Below, piece after piece: positions 32,901-41,888 of a stretch of DNA of 56,330 nt. Below the pieces are notes generated by a model. That model searched no databases. It was not told the DNA's origin and saw only the letters and a list, made by a program, of their open reading frames with translations. The stretch covers positions 1-56,330 of the forward strand of contig PWNJ01000120.1 of NCBI GenBank assembly GCA_003558985.1, in the 5' to 3' direction. Source of the DNA: a candidate division CSSED10-310 bacterium (GTDB lineage: Bacteria; CSSED10-310). Position numbers and translations under genes: made by a program. The number at the start of each line of letters is the position of its first letter. The stretch's first letter is position 1.

Positions 32901-33673
32901 GGTGACATCGCTTTGGTTTTGGAAAAACACATATACATAAAAATATCATTAAACGTGTCAACACCGCCGGTAATAACCATATCCGCCTTTTGTGTCTGAA
33001 GCTCCATCATGGCGGTGTGTACGGATGCCAACGAACCTGCACAGGCCGCATCAACCACACAGTTCATTCCGCCAAAATCAAACCGATTCGCTATTCGACC
33101 GGCAACAACATTGCCCAGCAATCCCGGAAATGATGCTTCCTGCCAACCAACAAGTTTATGGTTGATGCGCTGCGTTATCTGATCAGCTTCGGACTCCGTT
33201 AACCCACATTCAATCAGTGTTTTGCGCATAAGCGGATGATACAACCTGGCACCCAAAGTTATAACCAGTTGTTGAGCGCCGGTAACACCAAGAATTATGC
33301 TGACGCGATCCCTGTCCAGAGCAGCGCCGTTAGTGTAGCCCGCATCTTTAAGCGCCTGTTTGGCCGCCAGAAGCGTCAACAACTGAGAGGTGTCTGTAGC
33401 CTCTAGAGCATTTGGCGCAATACCGAATTCCATCGGATCAAAAGACACCGGATCCAGAAATCCCCCGGTTCGAGCATGTGTGTGGTCGGGTTTGGCCGGG
33501 TCGGGATCAAAATAATCCTTTAGCGACCAGTGCGTTTCGGGAATCTCGGTCAGACAGTCAATACCTGACACAATGTTAGCCCAAAACATGGACGTGTCGG
33601 ATGCTTTTGGAAACAGGCATCCTATTCCGGTTATGGCAACCGGTGAGTTTTTATTTGATACGGACTGAGTCAC
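26966..33673 (-). CDS. pfaA: PUFA-synthase subunit, PfaA/Pfa2 type: KS-MAT-(ACP)3-KR-DH
   Basis: KS DAACAGS/EAHGTGT/IGH; AT GHSYG, AFHS; three LGIDSIKRVEI ACPs; KR TGGARGV, YAMAN; DH HH.....PVVP..DAAFQ. Confidence 0.93.
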   Translation of the reverse strand: MTQSVSNKNSPVAITGIGCLFPKASDTSMFWANIVSGIDCLTEIPETHWSLKDYFDPDPAKPDHTHARTGGFLDPVSFDPMEFGIAPNALEATDTSQLLTLLAAKQALKDAGYTNGAALDRDRVSIILGVTGAQQLVITLGARLYHPLMRKTLIECGLTESEADQITQRINHKLVGWQEASFPGLLGNVVAGRIANRFDFGGMNCVVDAACAGSLASVHTAMMELQTQKADMVITGGVDTFNDIFMYMCFSKTKAMSPTGHARPFDAAADGTAIGEGVGVVTLKRLTDAERDGDTIYAVIRGTGASSDGKGNAIYAPSASGQKKALKRAYQESDVSPDTIQLVEAHGTGTPVGDAIELEALTDVYREAKSDGKWCAVGSVKAQIGHGKAAAGIAGLIKTALALHHRVIPPVAKVSTPTKTLANGLSPFYLPTLARPWLTPDNHPRRAAVSSFGFGGSNFHCVLEEHTGTPSPPDWDGSVQIVAFSADNTSALLDSIKNISIPEDNLDLRAVAKETRDTFKSDHRHRWLMVVTSANQLADMLKMALSRISATPDTSWDTPDGMFYGVGNIPGKLAAVFPGQGNQYPDMLRDTACRFPVFREILENADRAFAENAPESDTNRLSKIIYPLSTFNDKQRNEQIETLKQTQYAQPGIGAVSIGAWQVLTHHFGLSVDAAAGHSYGEICAMYAAGMISLDEFNYLSSLRGRLMSNGDEDRGGMAAVQASAEDISVVLKDEQLDLVIANKNAPNQSVISGATKEIARAVDCFRKRNFTITPLKVSAAFHSPLVADASKPFGQYLDRITFQKPLFPVYSNTTGVTYPSQQKKIREILASQLEKPVEFVSEIQQMVADGVRTFVEIGPGKRMAGLIRAILDDTSVRLISLDASSGKRSGQIDLARTIAALASLGYSISVNEWDQEYVPSTDHAGSKMQVTLTGSNYVRQKSSLPEFKIQREIGQPEEKHSSVMSKDNRSVPASKAFESIQKNLEGLQQLQEQTALLHQKFLTGQMEAQQAFQNLIAQQQHVLTGTPPVQQSVTHVSSVRSQPSETVELKTTDMKQEDIETDKPDYSEMVLTIVSEKTGYPSELLEPEMELDADLGIDSIKRVEIMSAVQEQLQETGPIAPDQMASIRTLRDVIHLLNNLVPASSGKSVSKTHHTVAQGKAPAESSATPGHTDGEPPRITDESVLDIVCKVVSDKTGYPTDLLEPNMELDADLGIDSIKRVEIMSALQEELPEITQIAPDQMSSIHTLNDIAALINASDMSAPEISEKSILQKTSTESPEVESAKPSSGKASPFDTQPIQIKQDVTSDSIVETVRGIIADKTGYPSDLLEPDMELDADLGIDSIKRVEIMSALQETIPGLPGIKPEQLAELRSIGNIENLVTALKGTLGKQTMKADQLEPPVEPAPSPAVVNTESEPKVSESVPDKLYRMDRKILTLQPLNETNRNKIVLPEHAEIWITRDDCGLSELLLEALENMYIPVRIISLDYLEFVELPDDVAGLILVGPRDSCDMEYLQKLFKLVKLVSKKVRNPSRSDKSTPAIISLLRLDGALGLHDTLTDYRPMTAALSGLVKTIRQEWPEVYCRIIDVDADRKYEPDLNDLIEEMFREGPLETGFSSRGKVQVVMQDEPIDPKRLTREPLVEGDWLLATGGARGVTAACVIEIARRFRTNFVLAGRSQPPEPEPEWLAGISDDAEIKKAIMEQANKKLTPKELQTEYLRYMNNREIYNTVKTLKTIGVQVQYEQVDLTDSVQVSTLTKRMDQSGFTLAGLIHGAGIIADNLIDNKSEDDFCKVVNTKVESLRCLAENLTLETMKTIILFSSSTARFGRTGQVDYAMANEVLNKFAAKVAKMYPMCRTMSINWGPWDGGMVTPELKELFRKENVEVIDIRSGARHLIRELCLEHTPEKPAPAEIVVMGTTEPDTDLPQDLRPELTENNLVDKTGPEAGPTDIKWREVFNLVLSPDSVPVLKHHLINKRPVVPMALLMEWCASCALEIHSDLNFLAFDDFRLLKGIILSEKTPLELEAKAGVFKQDSNTIYVPVELRGIQSDGKKYVHVSTDVMLSKQFLEPVKPPLPFETMEPCPVQRNQLYQDVLFHGKMLQGVRSVEGMSQKGIHGVADGSPEPAKWLKRPLRKQWITDPGIIDAAFQLVILWTTLNLDMPSLPCGLKRYTQFVKKMPSRANVDIRIKNRQSAQIISDVYFSDPSGKIIACIEGLECIADKGLKEAFRAHRKE

Positions 33674-35340
33674 AATACCACCTCGTTTAAATCAAGATAA
33701 TCGCGTAACATATCCAGCGAAGCGGGTGTTACATTAAACAAACTTCGTGGAACTTCAAACGCATGAGTTTGAAGATTCCTGCACCGAAACAACACCGCAG
33801 CGCCCCACAGAATATTCAGTAACATCGTTGTAATACGTCGATTTTCTGGCGTTTCCAGAAAACTGCCGTACACCCATTGATTGAAAGCGCCCATGGCTGG
33901 ACCGCACCAGACCTGATAATCCGCTTTTCTGACAGACAAGCCAGCGTTTGCCCATCGGGAGGACAACCCAAGATACCATCGAAAAACCAGGGCCATTCTA
34001 TGTTTGGAGTCTCTGTTGGCACGTTCAATTTGAGATGGATCACGCCGGTTCCAGAATGTCCGGGTCTCCTCCCATATCGTGTCCAGAGATGCTTTGAAAA
34101 CCGTTTTCTCCAATTGCATCCGTTCTTTCAGAGGCAACGCTTCCAGACTGTCATGGTTCCTGTATAATTCATACAGTTTTCTGGCTCGCATCGGAAAAAG
34201 CGTTCCGCGTTTCAAAACCTGCAGATTTACACCCATTTCGAACATATCTGCCGCTGGCGCCATAGCAGTTTCCGCCTGTTTTACCTCCGACAACATCTGC
34301 CGAACAATATCAGATGAACCGGATTCGACCGCGGCCTGAGCAATTGAACCAACCATAACCCAGCCGGCGCCCATAGCAAATGCTGCTGCAGCCGCTGCAG
34401 GAGTACTGATGCCGCCGGCCGCTCCCACACGTAACGGCGTCGTATATTCGTATTCTTGCATACATTTCCGGGCCACCGCCTGAAAAGACGGTATCAATGC
34501 CACCAGAGGCCGATTGTCTGTATGACCACCCGAATCTGCCTCGGCGGTAATATCATTTGCCAGAGGAATACAGGAAGCCATTTCTGCAACCTGTTCAGTG
34601 ATAACACCACTGAAGACCAGTTCCCTAAGAATTTTTTCCGGGGGTGGAGAAAAAAACCGCTCAGCAATTTCAACCCGTGATGCCTTGGCAAGAATTCTAT
34701 TCGGAGCAACAATCGCTCCGGATACATCCCTGTGCAACCCGTGAAGGCGATATCGGACCAGAGAGGGTGTAATCGTCAGATACGCAGACGCTTCCACACG
34801 GGTAATGTTTTTACGAATCAGCAAATCAACCAGATGCTCCTCAAGAATAGACTCATGTGGGGAGTGTATCAAATTGACACCCCAGGGTCTGCTGCCGCAA
34901 CTCTGGAATAATTTCTCTATCGCTCTTTCAACCGTATCAATATCCTGACCGGCAGCGCCATAAAAACCGGTCATGCCAGCTTTGGACAGAGACGACACCA
35001 ATTCGACCGAACTGATACCGTTCGCCATTGATCCCGAAAGAACAGGATATTGAATGCCCCAGTCACGGCAAAATGACACATCCCCCAGCATATCGGGCGG
35101 ACATGAAGGCGCATGCGCAATAATCGGGTAACAGCCATTTGTTGCGTCAGAAGGTATTGAATATACCTTTCTGCCTGACAAACCCGGGAATGCGAAACCA
35201 TTATTAGTATTAATAATTGTAACTGGTTGATATATATTGTTAATTTTAGCTTTTAAACGATTTGTGTCATACGCTTCTATATCACCTGAAGATATCCACC
35301 ATCCATATTCATTCATTGATTTTAATTCACTACGCGTCAT
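33670..35340 (-). CDS. pfaD: PfaD-family trans-acting enoyl reductase
   Basis: GSMANGI, VEASAY, EADSGGHTDNRP, APAADMFEMGV, QVWCGPAMGAFN; start re-called to ATG 35340 (RBS AAAGGA). Confidence 0.93.
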   Translation of the reverse strand: MTRSELKSMNEYGWWISSGDIEAYDTNRLKAKINNIYQPVTIINTNNGFAFPGLSGRKVYSIPSDATNGCYPIIAHAPSCPPDMLGDVSFCRDWGIQYPVLSGSMANGISSVELVSSLSKAGMTGFYGAAGQDIDTVERAIEKLFQSCGSRPWGVNLIHSPHESILEEHLVDLLIRKNITRVEASAYLTITPSLVRYRLHGLHRDVSGAIVAPNRILAKASRVEIAERFFSPPPEKILRELVFSGVITEQVAEMASCIPLANDITAEADSGGHTDNRPLVALIPSFQAVARKCMQEYEYTTPLRVGAAGGISTPAAAAAAFAMGAGWVMVGSIAQAAVESGSSDIVRQMLSEVKQAETAMAPAADMFEMGVNLQVLKRGTLFPMRARKLYELYRNHDSLEALPLKERMQLEKTVFKASLDTIWEETRTFWNRRDPSQIERANRDSKHRMALVFRWYLGLSSRWANAGLSVRKADYQVWCGPAMGAFNQWVYGSFLETPENRRITTMLLNILWGAAVLFRCRNLQTHAFEVPRSLFNVTPASLDMLRDYLDLNEVVL

Positions 35341-35485
35341 AAACAATCCTTTCGCCACTGTTGTGACAATGCTCTTCATAACAGATTTATACCAATATAT
35401 CAAGTCTGGATGATGCACAAAGGGTTAAGATTCAACAACTTATGACGCATCGCGTCACATTTGATTGCATGATGTGTCAGGGACT

Positions 35486-38400
35486 CTATAATCCGACAAG
35501 CCTGAATGCTGCCCAGCACATCGGTTCGGAATGTTCCGGTTGGTTTCGAAGTGTTTTTTGAGCATTTTGCAATGCCTGTGCCGGAGACATATTCTTCAAT
35601 ACCAGGTTTCGATAAAATTCATTCATTATCAGATAAGCGCTCTTGTCCGGAACACTCCACAAACTGCCAAGAATTCTTCGTGCGCCGGCCAGCAGAAACC
35701 CGGTAAATAAACCAATCCCTTCATCCGGCAGAAGATCAGTCTCGGCAATACCTGATTCACATGATGAAAGCACAACCAGTTCTGTCCCTGAAAGATTCAA
35801 ATCTCGCAATATGTCTGAAAGTGTCCAGACAGTTTCTTTTAACCCGGACTTTGAATAACTATCAGACTTGCCTGAACCAGACGGTTTCGAATCAGTTATT
35901 CCATGCCCGTCTGCATTTGTGAAAGTCAGCCGGGACGAATACGGATCGCCGGTATCAAACATCGCATGACAACAGAAATGCAGAATATCATATCCTGATG
36001 CGGCAGCATTGATTGCATCTGAAAGCGAATGGGTCCCGTCCAGACAATGTTTATTTTTAAACAGTGAGCTGATCGTTTCAATTTCTGTTCGAATCCATCT
36101 TAGATTTGGATCCGAATCGGAAATACCCAGAAACGACTTTTCTGATGAAGATTTCAGAGGTTTACCTGTGTTATTCACAAGCGAAAACGCAGGCAGATAG
36201 TTAATCTCAAACATATCCGCCAAATATGGTTTTTCAGGGGCGTCCAGATCACGAGCAAGATGAAATGGAAGTATATTCAATTCCTTATGCGTAACCAGAA
36301 ACAGACGCTTGACATTCAGTTTTTTCAGATATCGGATTGTTTCACTCATCAAATTTGTTGACAGGTTGTCCATAAGCGACAGCAAATCCTTGTTCCAGCG
36401 TGTGTATCTGTCAAACTGCATTTTAGAAAATTGCTGGAATTGGCTGATTGGAGGCAGTTCTTGTTGACGGTAATCATTCAATTCGGTATTCAATTGCAGA
36501 AATTGTCTGGCAATGGCGTTCAGGTGATCATACTTAAATGAATCAGCAAAGACTGTATGCACCACAGTTTGTTCGGGATTTCCCGACAGAATAACGCTAA
36601 ACGATCCGTATCGGGTTACATTGAATATGACAAAAGCGGTGTTTTCGGAATCCGGCAACAGTGTCGTCATATGATTAAATGTCACTTCGCTGGACAGAAA
36701 AGACGGCTCATATTGTCGAATCCTGTCTGAGAGGCTCTTCAAATCAGATAACGCCTTCCGCATTTCATCTGCAATCCCGGTAAAAGCACGATTCTGTATT
36801 CTGGATTGCTGTTCAGCGGTGAGTTGTCTGATTTTACTGATTAATTGTTTATATTCATCCTGATGATGTTTTTTTAAACTGTCAAAAACGATTTTATCAT
36901 AAGACATTCTGTCTTTGAATAATTGCATTTTACCAGTTTCCAGCCATTCCAGAGCTTCAGTGATGCGCCCGCATTTTGCCAGACACCAGGCGGCACGTGA
37001 ATACACCATTCCGGTTATTCTGACTCGCCGGCTTTTACTGGACAGGGTAATATCCAGCTTGCTTAACTCATTGTCTATTTTTCGAATTTCATTGAAAACA
37101 GGTATGGCGGCATTCCAGTCAGTCTGATTCATCAGTATCTCCGAGACTGCCACCAGAATCTCAAGGCGCTGACGCGGGAAATGGTCAAATGTAAATACAG
37201 ACAACGCTGCTTTCAGGTGATCAAGAGCGATGTTTTGATTGGATAAACCGGTGCCATCCGGCATATTTACCATTGCCAAAGCAAGGTTCTTGTTGATATT
37301 TGCCCACTCAATCGGTGTTGTTTTCATATTAAAAACAGTCAAAGCATTTCGGCAGTAATCAAGAACTGCCTGGATGTTTTCGTTCTTGCTGCCGATCGCA
37401 CGCTCACTATAAGCGGTAGCAAGATTAGCGTTTACTCTGGCCCAGCCAGATGGCGTTTTGTCTTTTGTGCGTATCTTCAGCGCTTCTTTGTAATGATGAA
37501 TCGCTGATTCGATACGATCAATCCCGGTTTGAGAGTTCCTGATACTGTCTTGTCTTCCCAGTTCAAGCATTGTGTTACCCAGATTTGTCTGAACCATTGC
37601 CCATTCATTCGGAAATGTCTGAATCGTAAACACCTCCAGCGATTGCTGCAGGTGCGCAACAGCAGATTCCAGATTCTCAGTGCGTTCACCCCGAATTCGT
37701 CTGGTAAACACCGTTGACATGTTAAGATGAGTTTTCGCCCGATAAACGGGGAAATCGAAATCTGAAAAGACGTCAAGAGACCTGTTATAGAATTGAATCG
37801 CCTTCTCCAGATTTTCGTTCTGATCACCCAGCGATCTTGATGAAAAAGCTATTGCCAGATTCATCAACGTGACAGCATGGTTCAACGGATGTGTATCAGC
37901 AGAATACCCTTCAAGCGCCTGCAAATAATGGTGAATAGACTGTTCGGCATTGTTAACATCCGGTGTTGCGGGAGCATTCTTCCATGCAATACCCAAATAA
38001 CTTTGAATACGAGCCCATTCAACCGGTATTAAATCGCGCCGGTATTCCTCCAAAGCCGCCTCACAACATCGGATTGCATTCACGCTGTTGGTTACAGCAT
38101 TTTTAGTCCGATTGGTCAAATGCGCGGCACACAGTTTCTGCTGCAACTCGCCCCAAAATAATGGATATCGTGAACGGTCAAGGTTTTTTATACCATTGTT
38201 CAAAAAATGAATTCTTTCATCAGCAGACAGCGGTTTTTCAGAATTTTCTATCTCTTGCAGTGTCCGGACATAAACTTCAGGAATACTTTCAAGAATACTC
38301 GGCTGCACACTATGCCCCTTGCCAAACAGGGTTGTGTCTATGCCGTTGGTAATACAGTTGTATAATAAATGTATTTTTTCAGATAATGATTGTACTTTAT

Positions 38401-38548
38401 TGAAGTCTGAAAATGCCCGCATTTCAGACCGCTCGTCAACTAATACCTGTAACAGTTTCTTATCCAGAATTTCCGGACAGGTTTTCAATAGTCTGTAACG
38501 AAGAAATACTCCGGGAGACTGAAAAAAATCCTTCAACAATGAATGCAT
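35486..38548 (-). CDS. TPR-repeat CHAT-domain (caspase/separase-like) protease
   Basis: ~46-aa TPR-like repeats (WA..Q.NLG....R..G....N.E.A); His in LHFCCHA, Cys in VLSSCESG, GSLWSVPD, WAAF. Confidence 0.88.
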   Translation of the reverse strand: MHSLLKDFFQSPGVFLRYRLLKTCPEILDKKLLQVLVDERSEMRAFSDFNKVQSLSEKIHLLYNCITNGIDTTLFGKGHSVQPSILESIPEVYVRTLQEIENSEKPLSADERIHFLNNGIKNLDRSRYPLFWGELQQKLCAAHLTNRTKNAVTNSVNAIRCCEAALEEYRRDLIPVEWARIQSYLGIAWKNAPATPDVNNAEQSIHHYLQALEGYSADTHPLNHAVTLMNLAIAFSSRSLGDQNENLEKAIQFYNRSLDVFSDFDFPVYRAKTHLNMSTVFTRRIRGERTENLESAVAHLQQSLEVFTIQTFPNEWAMVQTNLGNTMLELGRQDSIRNSQTGIDRIESAIHHYKEALKIRTKDKTPSGWARVNANLATAYSERAIGSKNENIQAVLDYCRNALTVFNMKTTPIEWANINKNLALAMVNMPDGTGLSNQNIALDHLKAALSVFTFDHFPRQRLEILVAVSEILMNQTDWNAAIPVFNEIRKIDNELSKLDITLSSKSRRVRITGMVYSRAAWCLAKCGRITEALEWLETGKMQLFKDRMSYDKIVFDSLKKHHQDEYKQLISKIRQLTAEQQSRIQNRAFTGIADEMRKALSDLKSLSDRIRQYEPSFLSSEVTFNHMTTLLPDSENTAFVIFNVTRYGSFSVILSGNPEQTVVHTVFADSFKYDHLNAIARQFLQLNTELNDYRQQELPPISQFQQFSKMQFDRYTRWNKDLLSLMDNLSTNLMSETIRYLKKLNVKRLFLVTHKELNILPFHLARDLDAPEKPYLADMFEINYLPAFSLVNNTGKPLKSSSEKSFLGISDSDPNLRWIRTEIETISSLFKNKHCLDGTHSLSDAINAAASGYDILHFCCHAMFDTGDPYSSRLTFTNADGHGITDSKPSGSGKSDSYSKSGLKETVWTLSDILRDLNLSGTELVVLSSCESGIAETDLLPDEGIGLFTGFLLAGARRILGSLWSVPDKSAYLIMNEFYRNLVLKNMSPAQALQNAQKTLRNQPEHSEPMCWAAFRLVGL

Positions 38549-38772
38549 AACCCCCTCTTTCCCTTAACAAATATACAGATTTGAAAGAATATGAAAAGCA
38601 AAAAGATTATCCATGCATAGATAACAAAAACTGGCATTTCCCTGAATGTTGGTTTATATTTTCATGGTTGATATCGAACATCGCGGAAAACAAAAAAACA
38701 AATTCCAGATTTTAGATTTTTCTGCGACTATATATGGATTGGTTTGAATGTGATGAATAACGGGGGGCGCTT

Positions 38773-40140
38773 ATGATGTATCGATTGAAACAATTTTTTA
38801 TTCCATTGTGGATTGTGTTATTCCTGCATGGTTTTAACGCGAACGCTGTGTATGCAGACAATTTTTGTGTGGGTCCCTACTATCCAGATGAACCCACTCC
38901 AACACCAACAGGTTCGCCGGAGCCTGACGATTACTTCGTGCTTGATTTCCCTAACAACGCAGACGACATGGTTGTAATTCCACACGATGAAAGCCTTAGT
39001 TTTGCTGGTGACAGTTTTACAATTGATTTCTGGATGTATCCCCGCACCCTCCAGGACAACTCGCTGGTCTATAAATGGGGCGAAGACCCAACGCCTGTCG
39101 ATGATGAATATCTGATACAAATGACCTCTTCAGGAGCAATAAACTTTTCTTTGAATGGCTGGGGAAATTGGTTTGCATCGACCGGAACGGTTCAGGCCGG
39201 CCGGTGGACCCATGTCGCGTGTGTATATGATGCTGATGCACAGGTGGGCACAGTCTGGCTGAACGGCATCAACGCGGGATCAGCAACACTGACGCCATTG
39301 AATTATACAACAAACGTTTCATTGCGTTTCGGTGGAATGACGCACACACTCAGCGCTTTCGACGGCTACCTTGATGAAATCCGTATTTCTGATATTATTC
39401 GGTATTCAACCCCGTTTGATCCGCCCTGTCGCCATACACCAGACGAACGCACACGCGGTTTATGGCATTGTGATGACGGCTCGGGCACATCGCTGACAGA
39501 CAGCTCAGGCAATGCCAATACCGGAACATTGCTGGGTATGACCAGTTTTTCTCCAGATCCGGAATACTGCAATCCCGATACAACACCAACCCCAACAGCC
39601 GAACCTACTGATACACCAACCTCAACCCCCACAACCGAACCATCGGCAACCCCAACGCCCGTGCCACCCACCGCGACACCTTCACCGCCACCCACGATTA
39701 CACCATCACCGACTCCGACACTTACTCCGGAAGCAACTCAAACACCAACGCATCCGCTAAAGATCACGTTGGATATGCCCAAACAGCATTATTATGCCAA
39801 TGATGAGTTCTATCTGAATTGTGAACTGTCACTGACAACGGGAACTCCGGTTGCCGGGCGTTTATTTGTCCTGTTGGAGGTTGCCGGGCTGTATTACTAT
39901 TATCCGTCCTGGCGTCGCTTTGAATGGTCTGACCTGTTTAATAAAGACAAGGATGAGTGGAGTGTGCCAATGACCGTTCTTGAAGACACAACCGAAATCG
40001 TTCTGGAGGCTTTCAAGATGCCGTTTTGGCCATTTCCAATGACCGGATGTTACTTTTTGTCAACATTTACGGATCACGAAGTAACTGTGTTGTTAAGCAA
40101 TATTGATGAAGTAGAATGGGGGTTCGGCGGCGAACCGTGA
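38773..40140 (+). CDS. Secreted protein: LamG-like jelly-roll, Pro/Thr linker and conserved C-terminal domain
   Basis: Signal peptide; FTIDFW, WTHVACVYD, FDGYLDEIRIS; PT repeats; C-terminus paralogous to 41889..44033. Confidence 0.82.
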   Translation: MMYRLKQFFIPLWIVLFLHGFNANAVYADNFCVGPYYPDEPTPTPTGSPEPDDYFVLDFPNNADDMVVIPHDESLSFAGDSFTIDFWMYPRTLQDNSLVYKWGEDPTPVDDEYLIQMTSSGAINFSLNGWGNWFASTGTVQAGRWTHVACVYDADAQVGTVWLNGINAGSATLTPLNYTTNVSLRFGGMTHTLSAFDGYLDEIRISDIIRYSTPFDPPCRHTPDERTRGLWHCDDGSGTSLTDSSGNANTGTLLGMTSFSPDPEYCNPDTTPTPTAEPTDTPTSTPTTEPSATPTPVPPTATPSPPPTITPSPTPTLTPEATQTPTHPLKITLDMPKQHYYANDEFYLNCELSLTTGTPVAGRLFVLLEVAGLYYYYPSWRRFEWSDLFNKDKDEWSVPMTVLEDTTEIVLEAFKMPFWPFPMTGCYFLSTFTDHEVTVLLSNIDEVEWGFGGEP

Positions 40141-40190
40141 TGTTTATCGCACGATAACTGAGTACAAACCGAAGAATCGTTACAACGTGT

Positions 40191-41555
40191 TTACGGTCTG
40201 ACCGGCTCAACAGGCGCGACTGCGGGTTTGACAAAGATTCGTTTTTTCCATTTGCCGGTAAAAAAGTATAGCGCCGACAAAAGCGCTCCGGCAAACCACG
40301 CAACAGGTATTCCCCACCAGATACCGTCTGTTCCAATTCTTGCCGACAGATATGCTGAAACCGGTATTCGAATCAGCCATAGAGACAGCAACGTAATGAA
40401 CATAGGAATCAAAGTGTCTCCAGCGCCGCGTAGAGCGCCATTAAAAATGAACATAATCATGAATGCAATATAGAAGCCGCCGACAATAACCAGATATTGT
40501 CTTCCGATATCAATGACAGCCTGATCATGAGTAAACAGTCGTATCAGATGATTGCTGAAAGTGATGACCAGAAATGAAATAAATGCGGCTATTGCCAGCG
40601 ACATAAGCATACCCGTTTTGATTGCTGTTCTGACCCTGTCATGTTTTCCGGCGCCGATATTCTGGCCAACAAACGTTGACATGGCCATGGACAGATTCAT
40701 CGCCGGCATCATCATGAATGAATCTATTCGGCCGGCGGCAGTGTAAGCGGCGATTGCATCAGACCCGAATTGTGTGACAATTCTAAGCAGAGCCATCATA
40801 CCCGTTGCAACAAGCATCTGCTGTGCTCCGGTCGGCAGACCGATTTTCAGACTGTTGACAAAGAGTTCTCTGTCAAACCGTAACTTAAGATAATTGACGC
40901 GAAACAGAGGATTTTTCCGATGCAGATAAACAATACCTCCAATAAAGGAAAACCCCTGGGCGATAACCGTTGCGGCCGCTGCCCCACGTATTCCCCAGCC
41001 GAACACCAGAATAAACAGCAAATCAAGGCCTATGTTCAGAAACGATGCCAGAATCAACAGATATAACGGTGTTTTGGAATCTCCCAGTCCTCGCAGAATA
41101 GCGCTGATAGCATTGTAGCCGAACAACAAAATCAGACCGCCAAACATAATATTCAGATACAGTTTTGTGTTGACATAGACATCATCCGGTATATCCAGAA
41201 TGTTTAAAATAAAGTCATTCATCAGCAATCCGATAACCGTCAGTGAAACTGAGGTTATGAACAGAAACACGTAGGCTGTTTCGATACAGAGTTTCACCTT
41301 TTCAAAGTTTTTCGCGCCGTAATTTTGTGAGATCAGAACGGTTATACCCATTGTTGCGCCTATAGTCAGCGCTATCAACAAAAACATGACCGGAAATGAC
41401 GCTCCAACAGCCGCAAGGGCTTCCTTTCCCAGAAATCGGCCAACAATAATGGAATCGGTGACATTGTATAACTGCTGAAAAACACTTCCGATAAACATCG
41501 GAATTGTAAACACCAGAATCAGCCTTGCCGGGCCGCCTTTGGTCATATCTATCAT
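40191..41555 (-). CDS. MATE family efflux transporter
   Basis: QQLYNVTDSIIVG, LRGLGDSKTPL, GQNIGAG, LRGAGDT; about 12 TM segments. Confidence 0.93.
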   Translation of the reverse strand: MIDMTKGGPARLILVFTIPMFIGSVFQQLYNVTDSIIVGRFLGKEALAAVGASFPVMFLLIALTIGATMGITVLISQNYGAKNFEKVKLCIETAYVFLFITSVSLTVIGLLMNDFILNILDIPDDVYVNTKLYLNIMFGGLILLFGYNAISAILRGLGDSKTPLYLLILASFLNIGLDLLFILVFGWGIRGAAAATVIAQGFSFIGGIVYLHRKNPLFRVNYLKLRFDRELFVNSLKIGLPTGAQQMLVATGMMALLRIVTQFGSDAIAAYTAAGRIDSFMMMPAMNLSMAMSTFVGQNIGAGKHDRVRTAIKTGMLMSLAIAAFISFLVITFSNHLIRLFTHDQAVIDIGRQYLVIVGGFYIAFMIMFIFNGALRGAGDTLIPMFITLLSLWLIRIPVSAYLSARIGTDGIWWGIPVAWFAGALLSALYFFTGKWKKRIFVKPAVAPVEPVRP

Positions 41556-41888
41556 GACGCTCCCTTTTCAGTGTGCCGAATTACAGAGCACGGAATTAAT
41601 GCATGTCTATGCTCATCCCGAAAGTGGCTTTTTCGATATATGTCAGGTGCATCGGTTTGTCAATCGCGGCGGCAGGCCTGCTGCGCAGCCGACGGGGCGA
41701 ACAGGAGAAACGGTGAAAAGGGGCGGATTTGTGAAACTGCATTCGACATGTGTCAGACTTTTTGTTATTTTAGGGTTATTGTGGTTCGGGATTTGTGCAA
41801 GAATAACATTTGTATTGATTTTTGTATCAGCAACACACGTTTTGTATTGATCCGTTATTAAGGAGTCGGATGTTATGAGGAGGATGCC

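Noticed and set aside
35341-35418. N-terminal extension of pfaD from the ORF track
   Set aside because: ATG 35340 has a clear RBS, and the upstream GTG has none
39580-39750. Repetitive ACACC/CCAAC tract (also 43410-43645) as a CRISPR or DNA repeat array
   Set aside because: It encodes degenerate Pro/Thr linkers in frame, with no constant repeat-spacer period and no cas genes
41556-41888. Riboswitch or small ORFs between MATE and the NHL gene
   Set aside because: There is a GC-rich patch but no aptamer consensus I recognise; a divergent promoter region suffices
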